Positions 1-13,800 of a stretch of DNA of 64,000 nt are shown piece after piece. The stretch's first letter is position 1; every line of letters begins with the position of its first letter. The position numbers were made by a program, and so were the translations under genes. This stretch comes from a virus (Duplodnaviria; Caudoviricetes): the IMG/VR virus record IMGVR_UViG_3300028591_000011, positions 41,736-105,735 of that record; one strand, written 5' to 3'. Under the pieces are notes generated by a model. The model searched no databases. It saw only the letters and a program-made list of their open reading frames with translations, and was not told where the DNA came from.

Positions 1-1284
1 TATAATGCTGCGCACCTATGGAACGATGCTTTATTTATATGTGCATGTAAGATGTCTACAATATATGCAGTACCTATAGAAGCTGATATAGATTTAAACG
101 CTTAGAGTGGATATCAATACCATTCTGATAGAGATCTTGACTTCTGTATACAAGATGAGGCTGCATCTGTATCTGGATTTAACTATGTACAGGAGCTTGG
201 TTCATACATATATAACAACGTATATCATGTACAGCCTACTGTGAAATCATTCACATACGAAAAGCTGGTAGATAGTAACTACGATACTAGAGTGCATAAC
301 TCAGACGTAAAGAGTAAGAATGAGACTATAGACAACTGGCTTAGGTATCAACCTATAAATTATATAGATTGTGATTCTAAATACGGTTAGATAACCCAAA
401 TAGATAACTACAAAGATACACTTTTATTCTGGCAGGATAAGGCTACTGGTATAATAAGTTCTAATGAGCGTAATATTATACAAAATACAGACGGTGTAAA
501 CCTTATACTTGGCAACGGCGATGTGCTGCAAAGATACGATTATATCACTACTATATACGGAATGAAGTATGGGTAGTTTGCTAATGCCCAATCTGATAAT
601 TCAGAATACTGGTGGGATAGTGTAAACAAGGAGATTTTACAGTATACTAAAGGTAGTTTTCCAACTCCAATATCTACTACAAAGGGGGTTAAAACTTACG
701 TGCAATACAATAATGAGAGTTAGAAACCTCATGTGATGTACGACAATAAATATAAAGAAGTTGTATTTAACGTTGTTAACGATAATAGTATATCGTACAC
801 AGAACAACTTCAGGCTTTCCAGTCTGTATATACATATCCAGTAAACTTTAGTACTCATACGGACAATAATGATTTAGTCGTTATAGATAAATAGCTGTTC
901 ATAAATGATACTAATGCTGAAGTCGGAAAAGCGGTAGGAATAACACAGCTGTTACCAAAACTCAAGTATGTAGTAAACAAGAGTACTACAATGAATAAAG
1001 TATTCGATATACAAACGTTTGGTGGCAGGTTGTATGGAGGTGATAATTTGAAGAGTTTGATATTGAAATATGATACGCCACTCAAACAACACGGAGAGAC
1101 TAAAGGAAGCAATATAACAAATATCGAATACGATTTTAGAGTTGCTGTACCCAGACATAACAACTCTGAGTATGGAGACAGGCTTAGAGGTAAAACAATG
1201 CAATGTGAATTGAGTTCTACAAATAACTCCACTGATTTCTCATTGCAGTATATAATTACAAAATATAGAATATCATGGAGTTAA
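1..1284 (+). CDS. Tail/stabilisation-type virion protein, 5'-partial, TAG=Gln
   Basis: Frame 1 is open from base 1 to TAA 1282-1284 when TAG is read through. The C-terminus (RLRGKTMQCEL..FSLQYIITKYRIS) and the position before the cargo genes resemble crAss tail stabilisation proteins. Confidence 0.65.
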
Positions 1285-2933
1285 GAGATAGAAAGTTTAT
1301 ATAGAACAACAAAAAGGAGCTCGCAGAATTTGTAAACGGAACACCTCCTTATATGCAATGGAGACGTTCTGAACAGTTTACACCGAACGGTGTTGTTGGA
1401 GATATTATAAAAGATAACGACACTTATTTGGATTTGCAACCACTAGACGGAATTTCCGTAAGCGGATCGTCTGCAGATGGACCTAATATTCCAGACACTT
1501 TACCAGATATTAGAACCGAAGAGAAAGATAAAAAGTCTATTGGAAAGAAAGAAAAGTCTGATATTTCTCCAAATATAGGTTCTGCTATTGCTGGTGGTAT
1601 TGGCGCTATAGGTAATATTTATAATAACTATGCTTCTAGTCTAAGAAGTATAGATGACTATCTAAAAGGTGGATATAAAAATGGAAAGCTGCCTAGATAT
1701 GCTAATGGCGTATATGGACCAGATATGTCAAAAGTAAACAAAGAAATAGAAGGTAACACGTTAAATTCTACACTTAGCGGAGTTGCCAGTGGAGCTAGTG
1801 CTGGAGCAGTATTAGGACCTTGGGGTGCAGCTATAGGTGGTGTAGTAGGTGGAATAGGTGGAGCCGTATCTGGTATAATAAGTGGAAATAAGAACAAACA
1901 AGCAGCCCTTGATGCTAGAGCTATGGCTGGTAGCATAAATAACTACGACAGAAACGTTGACTTATCTAACTATTTGAACGAATAGTATTTACTTGAAAAT
2001 GGTAATACCAAGTCGCAGAGTTTTGCACATGGAAAGCCGGTGTATAACGGCTGGGGTATGACAAATATGTTACCTGCTACTGGATAGGTATCTAGTGGAG
2101 AAACGTTAGTAGAACCAGACGGATCTTCTTATGTTATTCCAGGCAAACCCGACTTTAAAGATGGAAAACGTGCATATGTCGGACGTGAAACAGCGGTATT
2201 GTCTAATCATGGAGCATCGTAGTATTATCAGTTAACAGGAGATTTAGACGGGGCATTAGATCTCGACAAACAGCATAGGTATTCTAAAGGTTTGAATTAT
2301 AAAAACGGAAAATTACCTAGATTTAAAGAAGGATGGTGGAGAGCATTTGTTCCAAATGCTTTAAGTGGTATAGCAAGCATAGGGCAAATGATATAGGCAG
2401 GCAGCCAAACTCCTTACAGAACTAATACGTACGAGCCAAATAGGTTGGCTAATCGCGCATTAAGTACGCTTGCAGGTCTTAGAGTCAATCCTTATAATAT
2501 TTATCCGACTATATGGGATGCATACGGACGTGCTACATCATCTATAGATAGATCTGGAGGACTTAGCTCTGGATAGAGAGCCGCTGCTAAAATAGCCGCA
2601 ATGTCTCAGACTCAAGGTAATATTGCTAATATGCTTACACAACATCAAGTTCAGAATAACGCATATAAAGCAAATTGGGCGCAGCAAGCATTGTCTGCAG
2701 GGGCACACGATGCACAGAATAGAATGGCTGCTAACCAATTTGATGAGAATTATTTCGCTAAATCTCATGCATCTAGACAGCAAGGCTTACAAATGGGTCT
2801 TTACAATCTTATTAATTCTGTACAGAACTATTATGCTAACGACTTTAAACGTAGACAGTTTAATGATACTATGGATTTGTATAGAAGTCAAAACTAGTTG
2901 GATTGGAATAAATATTATAAATCGTTAGGTTGA
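1275..2933 (+). CDS. Virion cargo/ejection protein with glycine-zipper TM segment (552 aa, TAG=Gln)
   Basis: ATG 1275 overlaps the upstream stop. Track fragments 1353-1985 and 2601-2897 are in one frame joined only by TAGs, ending at TGA 2931-2933. Contains GASAGAVLGPWGAAIGGVVGGIGG. Confidence 0.7.
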
Positions 2934-2935
2934 TT

Positions 2936-4882
2936 ATGGTATACGCAAATGATCAATGGGTATAGCTCCCAGTGAGGGATCTATATGACTCGCAGATTAT
3001 GGCTATGGCTATAAACGCTGCGAAGGATATGTATGAAAAAGGACTTCAGGAAATGAAGGACTTTAATAAGGAGTATGGAGATTTTATGACGCCTATAGCT
3101 GCAGATTAGGATTGGTATAATAAGAACGTTACAGGTAGAGTAAGGAATGTTGTAAATGCCATATATGCAGCTGGTGGAGATCCACTTAGAGATCCATAGG
3201 CAAGAGCAATGATTAGTAGAGAGTTAGCAGGACTACCATACGGAGATATAGCTATGATTAAAACTAGCGCAGAAAATGCTAGAGAGTATTTGAAAGCAAG
3301 ACGATAGCTAGAAATGGCAGGGTTGTATAATCCACTTTACGCTAAATATGATGGTCCAGATTTATCTACCTATGCGACTGTTGGGGAAAACGGACAAGGT
3401 ATATGGGATAAAATGAGTCCTACTCCGTTTAACAACATATCTGCGTTTTCTAAAGATTATTTTGAAGGTTTAAAACCAAATATACGTACAGAATCTAGGA
3501 ACGGAATAACTTATCAAGTTAAAGAAATCTCGGAAAACGATTTACGTAAAATTGCAGAAGATAAGTTTAATGAACTTAAGAATACACCTTAGGGATCTTT
3601 AATGTATGCTAGATATTTGGATATCACGGGTGATGAAGATGCTGCAAGACAGATGTTTAACGATGCCATAGTTAATGCAAATTTGCGTAGGACATATCGT
3701 GAAGATAACTATGATGACAACTATCTGGAAATGGAGAAGCTTAAAATGTAGCAAGATATGAATCAATGGAAGAAACAAGTAGATTCTGCTACACTTGAAT
3801 TGCAACGTCAAGCTTTACAATTAAAAGCTCTTACAGGAACAGGTAGTGGTAAAAAAGGTACTGGTACATCTGGATTAGGGTATGATTATGAAGATTATTT
3901 TAACGAAGATGAATGGTAGCTTGCGAATAATTTAGGTGCAGCGATGGCTTCTACGGATGTTGGTAAAAGTAACGGAATATTAGATTATACGGATTTCGAC
4001 CCGTTGAGTCAAGGGGCCCTGTGGCCGCAAGCATATGAAGAAATTATAGATAGAAATTACGGAAATATTCTATCTAAGAATACTACAATTAATCGTAGTG
4101 AAAATTCTGATTATATAGCACCCTCTGATAATAAGTTAGGTTTGTCTACAGATCGTATAAATATTGGCATTACACCTGGATACGGATATAGCGATATCTC
4201 CGAAGGAATTACAGGAAAGTTCTCTTTACCGTACTCTTTTGACAAGAAGATATTTGGCGGAAAACGTCTCAGTAAAAGTTAGCTTAGCGAAATTAGAGTT
4301 GCAAATTAGAACTTTATCAATGATATATCGTAGTCATACGATCCTGCCAAGTTTGCAAAATGGTGCAATCGTAGTACAGTATCGGGAGATGATACAATGA
4401 TGAATGTTTGTAACGATGACGACTTTATAAATAGAACGCACCATACTGATGAAACAACCGCGAATAGTTATGGTATAGGATACAGTCAGGATTAGATAGA
4501 TCAAATGAAAGAATATACCGATTCGAGGAGAAAAATACTTAATAAAAATAGAGAAAATTTATACGCGAAAGGCGTAGGAAAAATATATTCTATATTAGGA
4601 GTAGACGGTGTAACTCATCTGTACGTACCAGTAAAATTTTATAAAAAGACTGGAAGAGGATCTAATGTAAGATACGAAGAACTTCCTGGTGGAATAAGTG
4701 CCTTTGATATGGGAATTTCTACTAGAGAAAATCCTAACTTTGGAATCAATGGACAAGCGGTGTCTAATTTATATATGAATCCAAATTCTGACTCAGACGT
4801 ACGTCTTGGAGGAAACATACACGCCGGAAAGTATTTGGGGTTATAGAACCCTAGTATAAAGATGAATACAGCAATACCATAA
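2936..4882 (+). CDS. Putative virion cargo protein (648 aa, TAG=Gln)
   Basis: One frame from ATG 2936 to TAA 4880-4882; all internal interruptions read are TAG. Confidence 0.7.
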
Positions 4883-4893
4883 AATAAAACAAT

Positions 4894-7800
4894 ATGAGAA
4901 AGTTAAAAAATCCAAGTGCAGGTTCATTAACGCCCAATGATATAAATGTTGGGCGTTATATGTATCAAAAAGATTTAGAAAGATACAATGACGTAAATGG
5001 ACCTACGTAGACATATTTACAAGAACATCCAGATTTCCAACAAGTAAAAAGCACCCTTGGAACGTCTGATATGTTCAACACCTACGAGAACGCCCCCACA
5101 TTGGATGACGACAGTGGTATTTTAGATTATACTCTAAACGCCCTAGATTACGTAACAGGTATGTCGTCTAAAGCCAAATTATTGAAAAACGGACTTAATT
5201 ATTTTGGTAAAAGGTGGGTTGATGATTCATACAATGCAGATCTTGCCGATTTATACGACATAAATACAGATTAGAAAGATCTAGAATTCGTTTAGGATTA
5301 TTTAAAACTAAAATAGGAATTATATCAAATACAATCCGAATTAAGAGATAATAAAAACGCAGATGCCGATCGTTTGTCAGATAGGTACGAAGAAATAGTT
5401 TCTAAAATAAAAGAATACGATGACTATTTTATGGGAGAGGGCAGAAGCCATAAAGTCGTTTAGGAACTTATGTACGACGCTGATAATATGAATGCAGCAG
5501 ATGTTGTTGGATCGTGGAACAAAAGTACTAGAAGAGCTTCAAAACAAATTTAGGATTTTATAGATTCTACTGGATACAATGGTCCGATACTGAATAAAGC
5601 TGCAAAAACTATCGGTACCGGTGTTGCGTCTATTGTAGGACACTTAACTGATTTAGTAGACCACGCCACTGCGTTTGGACATGCTTTGTCTGAAGGAGAT
5701 TGGCTTCATGGTGACAGTGGGATATCTCAATATACAGAGTATATAAAAAACAAATACGTAGAATCTCTAGATAAGAGTAATCCTGCTGATTTAGATGCAA
5801 TAAGAAGATTGTACAAAGGTATACAAGAAACAGACGCATATAAATCACCGATAGACTCTGAAAAAATAAAAAACTGGAAGAGTTATAATGAAGACCTGAT
5901 ACGCGAAAAAGTAATAGATATAGATGACGATATTAACGATATGATCAATGGTACAATATGGGGGATAAAAGGTGTGTTTGACCCAAATATATCAAAAGAT
6001 TATATCGCAGAGCAAGAAGAATGGATGGCAAAACCTCTATGGAGGTAGGCGTTGAGCCCAATAAACACGTTCCTATATTCTATACCAGAAATCGCATCTA
6101 CTGTAGGTTTATTTAAATATTAGCTCGGAGCTATAGGGTATGACGTAGCTGTAACAAAAGGTCTTGGTCTGTTAGCTAGAAGACATCCTTGGTTGGCAAC
6201 TGCACAAGCAGTAGCGTAGATTCCAAACTATGTACTTCCTGTTGCAGCAGCGGAGTTATCCAGAGAAGAAGAGACTGCTCTAGAAAAAATAGAAGGTGTG
6301 ACCAACAGGGTGATTCAAAATTCACTAGAAGGAAACAGAAATCTGCCAGATATTTTAAATATATTAAAAAGTAAATTAAAGAGTATTGGGTATAATGTAG
6401 ACGCTCTGGATGAACAGCAACTTCTTAAATTGGGTATAGCACATGACATCCAAACCGGAGATCCTGCGTTTGAAAAAGAAAAACGAGAAGCTAGAAAAGG
6501 TATAAATACTCTTATAGGAGCAAATAACGCACTGGCTGCGCACGATTATCTTCAATCTCTGGCTTTCATGTCTTACGGTGGTAGTGCGTTAAATAAATTT
6601 GTAAAACATGCTGGAGAATAGATAGCAGATACAAAACTTGGAACTCTTTTGTCTGCAGTAAAAAGAAACACTGTTGGAAAAGTCGCAAGCAAGTTCTTTA
6701 ATGATGATTTACCTAAAGGATTTTTGCATAAAAAACATTTGGGAGATTGGCTGATAAAAAGATAGGCTTTGCTGCTTGGAGAAGGTATAACAGAAGGTGG
6801 TGAGGAAGTTGTACAGGAAATACTTTAGAGTAGGTATCAAAGAGGTCTGTACGACGATGTTAATTCAGACAAATCTATGATACCTGTAGATGGTATTTTT
6901 AGAGCCGTAAAACTTGCTGGAGAAGCTATTCCAGACTATCTTGGTCTTCATTCTTGGGATCCAGAATTGTCGACAGATAATATCTAGCGTGCGTTTAATG
7001 TTGGATTCTTATCGTCAATGTATTTCTCCGGTGCTCTTCGTGGAGCATCTAACATATGGACTGCAGACAACGAAAACTTGCGTGGAGTTGTGTCGCAAAT
7101 GAAGAGCGATAATGTCATATCTAGACTTGTAGGTGAATACTATAATCAAGTACAGGATCAATAGCATATGAGTCTTTTTTACGACGCAATGCAAAAGTTT
7201 GGTGTAAATTATCAAAGACTTTCGCAAGCATTACGCGATCTTAAAGGCAAGTAGTTTTCTTAGAATAAAGATATAACTGACGAAGCTATAGATAACGACC
7301 TGTTGATGTTGCGAAATATGAATTTCGCGATGACTTCTGATACGTTTAATGAGAATTTTAAAGAAGAGGGCATCAATAGAAAAGATCCTAGATATAAGTA
7401 GTACGTAATAGACGCTGCAAAAAAATTGACAGATTTGGATAAATCTGAAGAAACTGTTTCTGAAAGACGTCTTAGATTGGGTTAGATGGAGGAGTCTAGG
7501 AATAATATAGCTAGACAGATATACGATCTAATAGAGGCTAGACAAAAGGAAGAATAGGACGGTATAGCTGGAACTGTAGCATCAGAAACATAGGAATATG
7601 AAAATCTAAAGAAACAGTTTCCAAAACTTTTTGAAATGGTTCAGTATTTTTCTAGAAAATTTGATGTTAGAGGAGAATCATCAATAAAAGGTTCTAGAAA
7701 ACAAAGGTTAGATAAAGCAATTTCGTTCTTTACTGAAATATCAAAAGATGAAGATAAAACTATATTAGTAGATGCTATTGCGGATGAACTTGGATATACC

Positions 7801-10800
7801 CCCGAAATTACAGAAGTGATGGAGCTTCGTAAGAACAATGATCCAATTATAAAAAGGGCCATTCGTAAAGCTGCTGAGCAAAAGGTAAAACAAGATTGGA
7901 AGTCTTCCATATTAGGAAAGCGCGAGTTTATGTCTAGCGCGTTTACTAGACAAGCTGCTATTAATTCTGGTGCAAGTAACGTAGAAGCTTTTTTATCTAG
8001 CGCATACGACAATGAAAGCATGCGTGACGATCTTTTAAATAAAGCTTACGATCTTTCTTAGGATAGAGACGCAGTAAAGAGATCTTATGTGTTAAATCAC
8101 ATTGCTTTGTTTGTAGAAGCATCTCAAGCCGCTAGGGTAAAATATATACAAAATGTAACTCGTAATCAAGAAGAGCTTCTTGATATGTTCAAACGTATTA
8201 CTGGGTTGGATCTGGACGTACGCAGATTGAAAGGTATAAGATCTAGATTGGACGATCAATTGAAGCAGTTATAGCAAAGAGAGAAATAGAATCTTAATCC
8301 CGACAATACTCCAGGATATGCAGATACGTATGAAAAATATTTCGAAAAAGATCCTGTTTCTTTCGATGACCAAGAAGAATACGACAGATTGTTTGGAGAA
8401 TATTCTCTCATGCACGCCATAAAAGATGTGCAACAGGTTCTTGCGGCTGCGTATAAGTTTGGAGCGGTAAACCCAGAATCTCTTGAGAAAGCTTTTTATA
8501 ATGTAAGTGAAAACAATCCAATATCTGCTATAAGTAAAGAATATAGCAAAAGAAAGGCAGAACAGTCTGTCGAAATGGACGAAGAAGTTACGCAACGTTT
8601 TGATCCATTAAAGCAACATGATTTGTACGAACTGAGTAAAAAAGCAGCTTGGGCGTACATAAAAGACTAGTTGCATGAGACAGAAGAACGTAGAAAAATA
8701 GCAAATCGCAGATGGGAAGAAGAGACTCCAATGACTTCTTCTAAAAAAGACGTACAAGAAGCTTAGGAAGAATCTGAAAATGAGTCTAGCGAAAAACAGA
8801 CACCTGAAGAATCTGTAGAAAGTGGCCAGCAGCAACAGGAAGAACAGAATGGCAATCAAGCATCTAATATACCAGGTGCACAAATGAGTGATTCTGAGAA
8901 GAACTTAAGATAGAAATATAATAATGAGAAATAGCTAAGTGAAAAGAAGGCAGAAGAGATTGCTTAGAAACTGATAGAATCTGAGAGAAAACGTGCTGAA
9001 AAAGAAAAAACAGGAGAAGAAGAACCTGAACCTACTGAACAGCCTGAAGTTGCTCCTTAGCCAGCTGCAGAAGAACAGCAACCGGAGCCTGAACCTGAGC
9101 CAGAACCGGAACCTGAACCCGCTGAAGAAGTTCCAGAAGCGGAGCAAGCCAATCGACAAGCTGTAGACGATACACCGCCTGCGCCACCTGCTGTTGATTC
9201 CCCTTCCGACGATGACAGAGATAAAGATGAAGATCAAGCACCTCATTTGGATCCTTCTGTAGATTTACCAGAAAATTCTTCTGACGTATTAGAGCCAGAC
9301 GTATAGCAACCAGAACCTATACTTGAACCACCAGTTGATACATACGATCCGTCTAACGATCCGTTGGATGTATACGATTAGGATTCTCCAGAAATAGAAC
9401 CTCCGTTTGAAGGATTTTCTGATGAAGTAGATCCTCTTTCTGTTGTTTATAAAGACGGATAGGCGTTTATTGTAGAAGAAGATGGAAAACAGTGGACACC
9501 GTTAGATTATTTATTTTCAGATGCTCTTCTAGACGAAGCTAAACTGCAATTAGAATCAGAAGGTGCTACTGTATCTTTAGATGAAGTTCCAAATGGCAAC
9601 ATGTCTTAGGAAGAAAAAGTTTCTGTTTTGGATCATGACGATGTGTCATCTATAGTTTCTAGTACATTCTTTTATAACCCATTTAAGGTATTAAATAAGA
9701 AGAATGGAAAGAAAGAAGAATAGACTGTCTAGATGGTTGTAGGTGAAGAATAGTTGAAATTTAGAAAACCTATAGCATCTGGTGTAAAACTTGCAAAGAA
9801 ATTAATACAACCTGGATGGCTTGCTTCTACAAATAAATTCTATGTTGTTTCTGATCCTATAAAACGCCACGATAAGAAATTACAATATACAGATGATAGG
9901 GACATGCTTACTGTCGCTATCGCTTTAGAAGACGACGAAAATACATATTTGGTGTTCTTACGTCCTCTATATAAAACAATCTCCATAAAGGATCAAAATT
10001 CGTATATAGATAATACAGAAAATGACGTTCTTGACTATGTTCTATCTTATGGTGCGAATTGGAGAGCCGTAGCTGAAACTTTGGGGTTGGATGAAACCGC
10101 GTTGCTTGGAGAAAACACAACTACTGAAGATAGAATATCTGCGTATAAAAGAGCTGTGGCAAAACTTGTTACAGAAAACTTGACCGAAAGCTGGGAAAAA
10201 GCTAGAAAGACAAATAAAACGTTAGATAAGGCACAATATATAAGAAAGTATTGGGAGTCCGAAGAGGATCGTGTAAGACAATCTCTTGCGCACAAAAATA
10301 GAAAAATTTATTCTAGAAGTAGAGCAAAGTAGGAAGTTGAAAAGCTACGTAATTTCAGAAATCAAATCATAGATAAATACGCTACCGTAAATAATGACGG
10401 AACAGTAAATGTACCAAAAGAGGTACGATACGACGTAATACCAGTTTCTGTTAGACAATCTAATGGTAAATTCGATAACTAGACTAATGATACTACCGGT
10501 TTACCCGAATATAGACCTGTTACCGGTAAAGACTCGTTAGAAGAGATACAGACTAAACTTGAAAACGGAACTCTACAAATAGGTTTTGGTAGGGGTTTAT
10601 TTGCTTCTAAAAACAACAGATATAAAATAAATGATGTTTTACACCCAAGTAAAACTACATTTGGAGGAAAGGGGTTATCTGGTAAGTTATATTGGATGGT
10701 TCGCTCATTGTTTGATCCTTCTGTAAAAGTTCCTGTAATGCTAGCAGAAGAAAAATTCAACTCTCAGGTTAGATTGGTGAACGGAAAATCGGAGGTCTCT

Positions 10801-13800
10801 TTTATAGGAACTGGTATAAAAAATCCTGTAATTTGCTTGGAATAGGATATAGAAGGTAATTGGGTAAATACCAATAAAAAAGGATATCTTCCGAGCGCAG
10901 CTGAGATATTATTCTTATTGCTTACGAGGTAGATAAATCTTGGAACTACTGATGATTCTATACATCAAGAAATAATAGAACTGTTTATACACAGTGGGCA
11001 AAATACTCTTGCAAAAAATCAACCTAAGTTACAAGAAACACCTATTGCTTAGTTTTTGAGTAAATAGTTGTGGTATGGTATATAGGAAGGTGAATCTGTA
11101 CCAAAATTACACATTGCTATAACTAGAGGGGATAGTGTACAATATAAAAGTTATACACAGCAGCAGCTCCAAGATCCTCAGGTAAAAATGGAAGTCATTA
11201 ATGCACTTGCTACGTAGTTCCATTGGAATACGGATATAGATTTTATGAGTAAAGCTATGTATATAAATACCGTAGACTCTAGTGCGCTTTCCACTTTGTT
11301 TTCGTATATGATTAGGCAGCATACTGGAAAACTCACAGCAGATTCTAAACTTTCTTTGTTTGGATGTCCATAGTTCACGTTCAGATTGGGAGATTTTATG
11401 AACGTGGTTAACGGGTAGGCACAACCAAAAAAGGGAGTTTCGTACTTAGCGTGGATGCTTAAAAATCAGAAAGTAAAAACTGACGTGTCTTCAAATGTAT
11501 TTTTTGCACCTTATGTATTTGCGAACGGAGTTGCAGTAAAAGGCGCGCAAGACGCTGTAGATACTTCTACACATCCTGTAGATGGTAACGACGAAGTTAA
11601 AGAAATAACAAATCCGATTATATATAAAGATTTGAATGACGTTACTGTTCTTCCGGAAGGTGAAGAACTTCAAGAAGCTATGTAGGAGGCTTCACAAAGT
11701 ATGATTTCTTAGCAAAACGGAGGCACATCTGCTATTTATGTGTTAAAAGGTGTAGATCCAGATAAGATTTAGTTGGACGGTCAAGAAGAGGTCGAAGATG
11801 CAGCAAAGCAAAAAATAAAAGAAGCTCTAGATATACATAACAAAAAACACGGCACGTCTTACGACATAAAAGACTTGTAGTTAAAGATGAACGTTAGAAA
11901 AATGATGCTTCCTCAATATTGGGCTACAGGTTAGGCATTTATTAGGCTTGAATTGTTTAATAATGGCAAGTTTAACGTTACTGTACGTAAAAATGAGGAT
12001 GTTGACAACGCCGGAATGATTGTTACTGGTGCGTTTAGTAAGACTGGTGGTTTGGCTACAATAGATGCTGAGCGAGAACGTGATTGGATCTGTGAGACAC
12101 TTGGCATAGATAAATCCAATGTTGTTGTTACTAACGCAGTAATGAAAAGTATGTCTGGCGAAGACGTTTTTGGTGTTACAAATGTTGTGACGAATGTTAT
12201 TACTGGAACCTTAATGGGTGTGATAAAGTTATCTTCTAGGGGAAATAAAGGCATGGGTTATCATGAGGCGTGGCACTATGTTAATCTGTTGATACACGAT
12301 ACAAAAACACGCAGAAGGATATACGAAGCTTATGCAAAAGCTAACGGGCTGTATAAACCAGGTGTCAAGCTTAGAGATATAGAAGAACATATGGCAGATG
12401 CATTCGCTAAAGATGTAATGTTAAATCAAGATACTACGTTATTAGGTTCTACTAGACGTTTGTGGAGAAATATTCTCGATTTCATACTTGTTACTGGAAA
12501 CAGAAAACTTTATCGTTCTGTATTTAATGCCGTATAGACTGGAAAATATAAGAAATATTCCAAGTTAGATGACAGTTCTGTTTAGGAGTTTAGGAAAGCT
12601 TACGATTCTGGCGTATTTGCTACAAGTTATGTTCCTGGATATCCAAAAGAAGTAACCGATAATCTTAAACATATAGATCACTATTACCAACTTCTCGACG
12701 GAATGGATGCTGTTGTAAGAAGGATATTTGCAAATATACCTTTCGCAACCCAAAAAGAATTGGAAATGTGGGCCAGCGAAGAGGGTTTGGAGATAATAAT
12801 TGGGTTTGTAGATGAAATGATCGAAGAGCAATCTGACGAGAAAAAAGCTGATAGATTGAGAGATATTAAAAACAATAAAGACTATCTATTCGAAAACGTA
12901 ATTGCCGAGTTTAATAAATATGGATATAGAGTAAAAAGAAGGAAACCTGATAAACAACCTGAAGATGTATCAAAAGATCCTGCTGCAGAAGAAAACGAAG
13001 ATCCTATAAAAAAAGAGGAAAAGCCGGAAAATACTTGGGACAAGTTTGCGTTAGAGTATAGTAGGTCTGAAAATGTTTCTAATCACGTGAAATTCTTTTT
13101 ATCCAGAATGCCGCAATACAAAAAAGTATGGATGCCGAATGGAAAGAGCAAATATATAGTTGAAATTGACGATTATAATACACCTCTTTTCTTTGATTTG
13201 GATAAAACAATAAGAAAACTACATAAAGATCTTTGGTGGATAACTTCGTTTGGTGAATTAGAAACCAATCCGGATTCCGGATACATATATAAACGTACAT
13301 CTTTAATGGGTGCTATAGAACGTAGAAAAAATTCATAGGATTTTTATTATTCTATGTATGAATACTTAAGTAAATACGCGCTCAAAAATACATCTGGTTC
13401 AGCAATGCTTAGAAGCGAACTGTTTAATGCTATAAACAGTAGCAAACAAAATATAGATTTATTGACTATCTCTAATCCAAAACAACGAAACTTTAGCGGT
13501 CTTGCTTCGGATGAAGTTTTAGCTACTGCTGCAGCAAATATAGCTGAAGAAGATAGTCCGGTTATTATAGCAAATACAGATAAAGCTGTTGCTGATAGAC
13601 ACAGAATATGGTCATTCTAGATAGACGAATTCTTGACTGCTGCTAGAAATACATTGAAATTGTGGTCGAAAAATCTCGCTGCGTCCAGTTTTCTTTCTTT
13701 TAATGAAGAAAAACAAGACGTATCTGTTGATCCAGAATTTACAAAAATAGTAGCAGATAAGTATAATAGTCTTCATCAATCTTTAAATTCAAAAGATGCA

